A DNA stretch of 64,000 nt from Obrimoposthia wandeli. Taxonomy: Eukaryota. The stretch's first letter is position 1, and the number at the start of each line of letters is the position of its first letter. The DNA lies in the NCBI GenBank assembly GCA_977020255.1, contig CDROCS010002327.1, forward strand, positions 310,001 through 374,000. The letters run 5' to 3'. Position numbers and translations under genes: made by a program. The notes beneath the pieces were generated by a model. That model was not told where the DNA came from. It worked only from the letters and a program-made list of their open reading frames with translations, and did no database searches. Shown here piece by piece: positions 60,393 to 64,000 of the stretch.

Positions 60393-62227
60393 TATTGGGT
60401 TTCTATATGAAACTTTTTCTAATATAGATCCTCTGAATGGAGGGCCCCAACGTGAGTTCTATAGAAGCAGGACTTTTAGATGTTTGTGGCCTACTTGTGT
60501 TATGCTTTCCTGTCTCTATTCTTATCTGAAGGTTCGTTATTTCTAAATTTGAAAGGGTCTACAACAACGCTGTCTAATTGTAGGAAATTTTTTATTACTA
60601 AACACACTAAGTTAAACACGTTCTAGTTACGTTCTCAAAATGACAATACTATTCCTAAGACTCTCACAAGGTCTCTACACAAGTGGGGATGATCCACGTA
60701 TCGATTTGATTTTAGTGTTGGTTGGTTACTAGAGTCTTTACTCTAAAATGTGACAAGGTTAAAATGGTAGGTTTTTTGGATAGCTGGTTGCTCTAAAAAT
60801 AGAGAATGAGTTTAGAGAGCTTGTTGCTCTAAAAATAGAAGTGGTTTAGAGAGCTGGTGCTCTAAAATAGGGAATGAGTTTAGAGAGCTGGTTGCTCTAA
60901 AATAGGTGCTGATTTTAACCTTAACTTCGATTTTTATGTTCACTTTAATTTAGATTCACTCCCAAAACAATATAGTTACTTATTATAATTCACGTTTAAC
61001 TTAAATTCTCTTCCAAAAACAATCGGTTTACTTTATCAAAATTGACGTTTAACTTAAATTCTCTTCCAAAAACAATCGGTTTACTTTATTAAAATTCGCG
61101 TTTAACTTAAATTCTCTTCCAAAAGCAATCGGTTTACTTTATCAAAATTCACGTTTAACTTAAATTCTCTTCCAAAAACAATCGGTTTACTTTATTAAGA
61201 TTCGCGTTTAACTTAAATTCTCTTCCAAAAACAATCGGTTTACTTTATTAAAATACACGTTTAACTTAAATTCGCTTCCAAAAACAATCGGTTTACTTAA
61301 TTTCTCACCTCTCTTCCTCTAGATCCTCCGTAAATTGCCTCAGGTGACGATCTAATTTGGGAGACGTCAGTTATCCGCGCTGTCGTCCTGATGCGTTGAT
61401 CCGATGGCTCCTTCTCGTAGTCTCCGGTTTGGTAGCGCTAAATCACTCTCACCCAGCAACAAAATTTGAGTGTTCTGACTTTTTCTCCTTTCTCGGATTT
61501 GGACAACGAGATTTTCCCTTTCTTGTAATTTATAATATTCCTGTTTTTTCTTTTATCGGATTCTGCGAGTGAGATTTTCCACTCTTCTCTTTTATGTGAT
61601 TTCTAATTTTCCCGGCCGTTTTCCAGAAGCACTAATATCTTTCCTGGAAATAATTACGTAATGCTTTTTAAAAGTACTTAATTTACTTTTCTTTTTAGCC
61701 TCGATTGCTAAGTGCTTTGGAACTGGGTTTCTCCTTTTTATTAATTTAGAATCCTATTAAGGCAATTCTCTGTTTTCGATCGCTGGATCCTGAAAATAGA
61801 ATAGATAACTTGCACTCAAAATAAGTGCACTTACGCTGCTGGCTAGACTCGAGCTGTCGTTTCTCCCGTCCGTATTCTGTTCGTTGCCTTCTCGTCGGTT
61901 GATAATGGATTCCGGTAAGTGGACTCTAATGGACGAGTTAGAATACTTTCTTAATTAGGACCTTACCTTCTTAATTCTTCTTTTAATTGGATTTTTCTTC
62001 CTAATTTAACTTCTTTCTTGGGGGCCTTTTGCTTTAATTTTAATATCTATATATACTGCACACGCTTACACATGACCTTCGTGGTTCTAATATTTTCCCA
62101 ATGGTTTTATTTTTATAATTTTAATTTTATAATTAATTTTATCTTAATTATAACCTTGCTTTCAAGGATTTTTATTTTAGTATAAAACGATTAATTATTT
62201 TAAATTAATCAAAACCTAATCCTAGCA
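60393..62227 (-). repeat. 5' LTR of copy B, with 53-bp minisatellite at 60985-61300
   Basis: Starts TGCTAGGATTAGG (62227). End and start blocks are homologous to both solo LTRs. Confidence 0.88.
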
Positions 62228-64000
62228 ATCTTATTCTGACTTAATTCTCTATTCAATTCACTTAAAATATCTCAAAAAATCCTTTATTTGCTTATTGCTT
62301 CTCAATAAATCCTTAGTTTTTAATTCACTTATTCTCCAAAAAAAATTATTTATCAATTCACTTATTCTCAAGTTATCCTAAATTCTCAATTCACTTATCT
62401 TATTTTCTTATTTTTTTACTTATTCAATAATTTATTCGCTACTTCTCTATCTATTTTATCTAAATCCGAGTAGGGTTTTCAACAAAAATAATTTAAATGT
62501 TAACAATTTAGGTTTTGTCCAAAAAGTAGGTAGTGTGAAACATCGTAAAATCCTAATGACGTATATTTCTATTTACGATCTGCGTAGCGTATATGCATTT
62601 TGAGCCGTTACTTTCCCAAGTTCCATCTTGCTACTTCATTATAAAAGGCTTAAAATTCCGTCTGGGGCGGACTGATCTTCCTCTCCTAAGTGCACCTCAT
62701 AACAAACATTAAACACAAATTGACAAAATAAAATTGGGAATATTTTTGACTAAAAATTGTAAACTTACATTTTTGCATAAATTGAATGACAAAAAATGAA
62801 ACTTTTCAAAGAAAATTTTCTTAATAAATGAAGATTAATTTATTTATATCTTTTGAACATTTTTTTCTATCGATTTCTACATAAATATTAAAATTATCGA
62901 AACTATAGGCTCATTCTTCACTGAAATATGAAATTATGAAAAATAATTTATTTATTTAATAATAACTAAAGCAAGCAAATACTAAAATTTGTATAAATTA
63001 TTTGTTTACTAAATTGAATTAAAATTTAAAACTGCTATATTCAATAATTTCTACATTTTAAAATGAATACTAATTCAAAATTTGAAAACTTTAAAACTCA
63101 AGACAAACATAAAATTATTTATAGTGTTCCAACTGGATCAGAAGATTAAAATTATAATTACCAAATTTCTGGAAGACTTTTATTGATACAGATTGCCTAG
63201 TTACATAAATGAATAAAAAATAACATGAGATAGGCCAAATTATAATTTGATTTCATAAAATGACAAAAATTATTAAATAAAATATTAATCTTCAAATTTA
63301 ATAACAATATTAATGTGAAATAGTTATTACTAATTACTATTATTAGTATAACTGAATTAATTTAAAATTGGAAAACTTCTTTAATTTCATTTAATTAAAG
63401 AAATTCAAGCAAATTTTTTATAAATCACATAGAAAAGAGAAACAACCAATTAAATGATTACAAATAGTTTGTTTTAAAGTTATTGTTTATAAAATGATTT
63501 AAGGGAATTCTTTGTAAATTAAAATTAAATAAATTATTAAATTCCATATTTAATATATTTGTCATATGATAGTCTTTTATTTAAATAAATAAATGCATTA
63601 TTAAACGAATTCTTGACACTTCAGTAATTAAAAAATCATTTACAAAAATTAGGATGGTTAATATTAATCAAAATAAATTATATAAAATCTCTGTATATCT
63701 ATTCTGTAAATATTTTTCAAATATTGAATGAATTTTAAAATATATTTAAAGCTAATTATTTCATTTCTATATTTAAATTATAATTATAAAATTATAAAAA
63801 ATGTATTACTATATGTCAATGCAGATGGGTAAAATTGTTAATTGGTCTGTGTGTTGAAATGGATTGTAAACCGACTATCCGATTCAACATATCTCTTGGA
63901 TTTTTATTAATATTTTTTGAATAGGGATTTTATTTAACTTTTTCTTGTAAATATTGAAATAAAATAACTTTGAGAACGGAATACAGAACAACAGATTTAA

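Larger units (their letters stand above)
57076..62227 (-). mobile_element. Truncated LTR retrotransposon copy B (5' LTR - gag - unknown - glycoprotein C-terminus)
   Basis: LTR 60393-62227, CCHC knuckle and chuviral-like TM region. 3' end truncated at the Polinton terminus 57075. Confidence 0.82.

Noticed and set aside
29830-62227. LTR A and LTR B as the paired LTRs of a single provirus
   Set aside because: Their shared end blocks are too diverged and their internal arrays differ.

Overview
AT-rich eukaryotic genomic DNA, probably arthropod (inferred from spliceosomal introns and insect-type elements). The left third (728-21288, minus strand) holds one intron-rich host gene, reconstructed by hand from splice sites and reading-frame phase: signal peptide, TSPN/laminin-G-like domain and Thr/Ser/Pro-rich tail. 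Its introns carry Tc1/mariner, LINE and Helitron relics, two TSD-flanked MITEs and a ~90-bp satellite. The remaining ~40 kb is a nested mobile-element graveyard. (i) An LTR retrotransposon family: two solo LTRs with 4-bp TSDs and two truncated copies encoding a chuvirus-like glycoprotein, gag and protease. (ii) A near-intact Tc1 element inside that glycoprotein gene. (iii) A 26-kb nest (31227-57075) of Polinton/Maverick (adintovirus-like) elements with seven 5'-AGTA termini. The best preserved copy (37642-47342) encodes protease, major and minor capsid, core proteins, integrase-chromodomain and packaging ATPase, but no recognisable protein-primed DNA polymerase. It instead carries a TBP-like gene, an IAP and a putative SSB; a sister copy adds a dual-specificity phosphatase. 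Most viral and TE ORFs are decayed. All family assignments rest on motifs recognised by eye; no searches were run.
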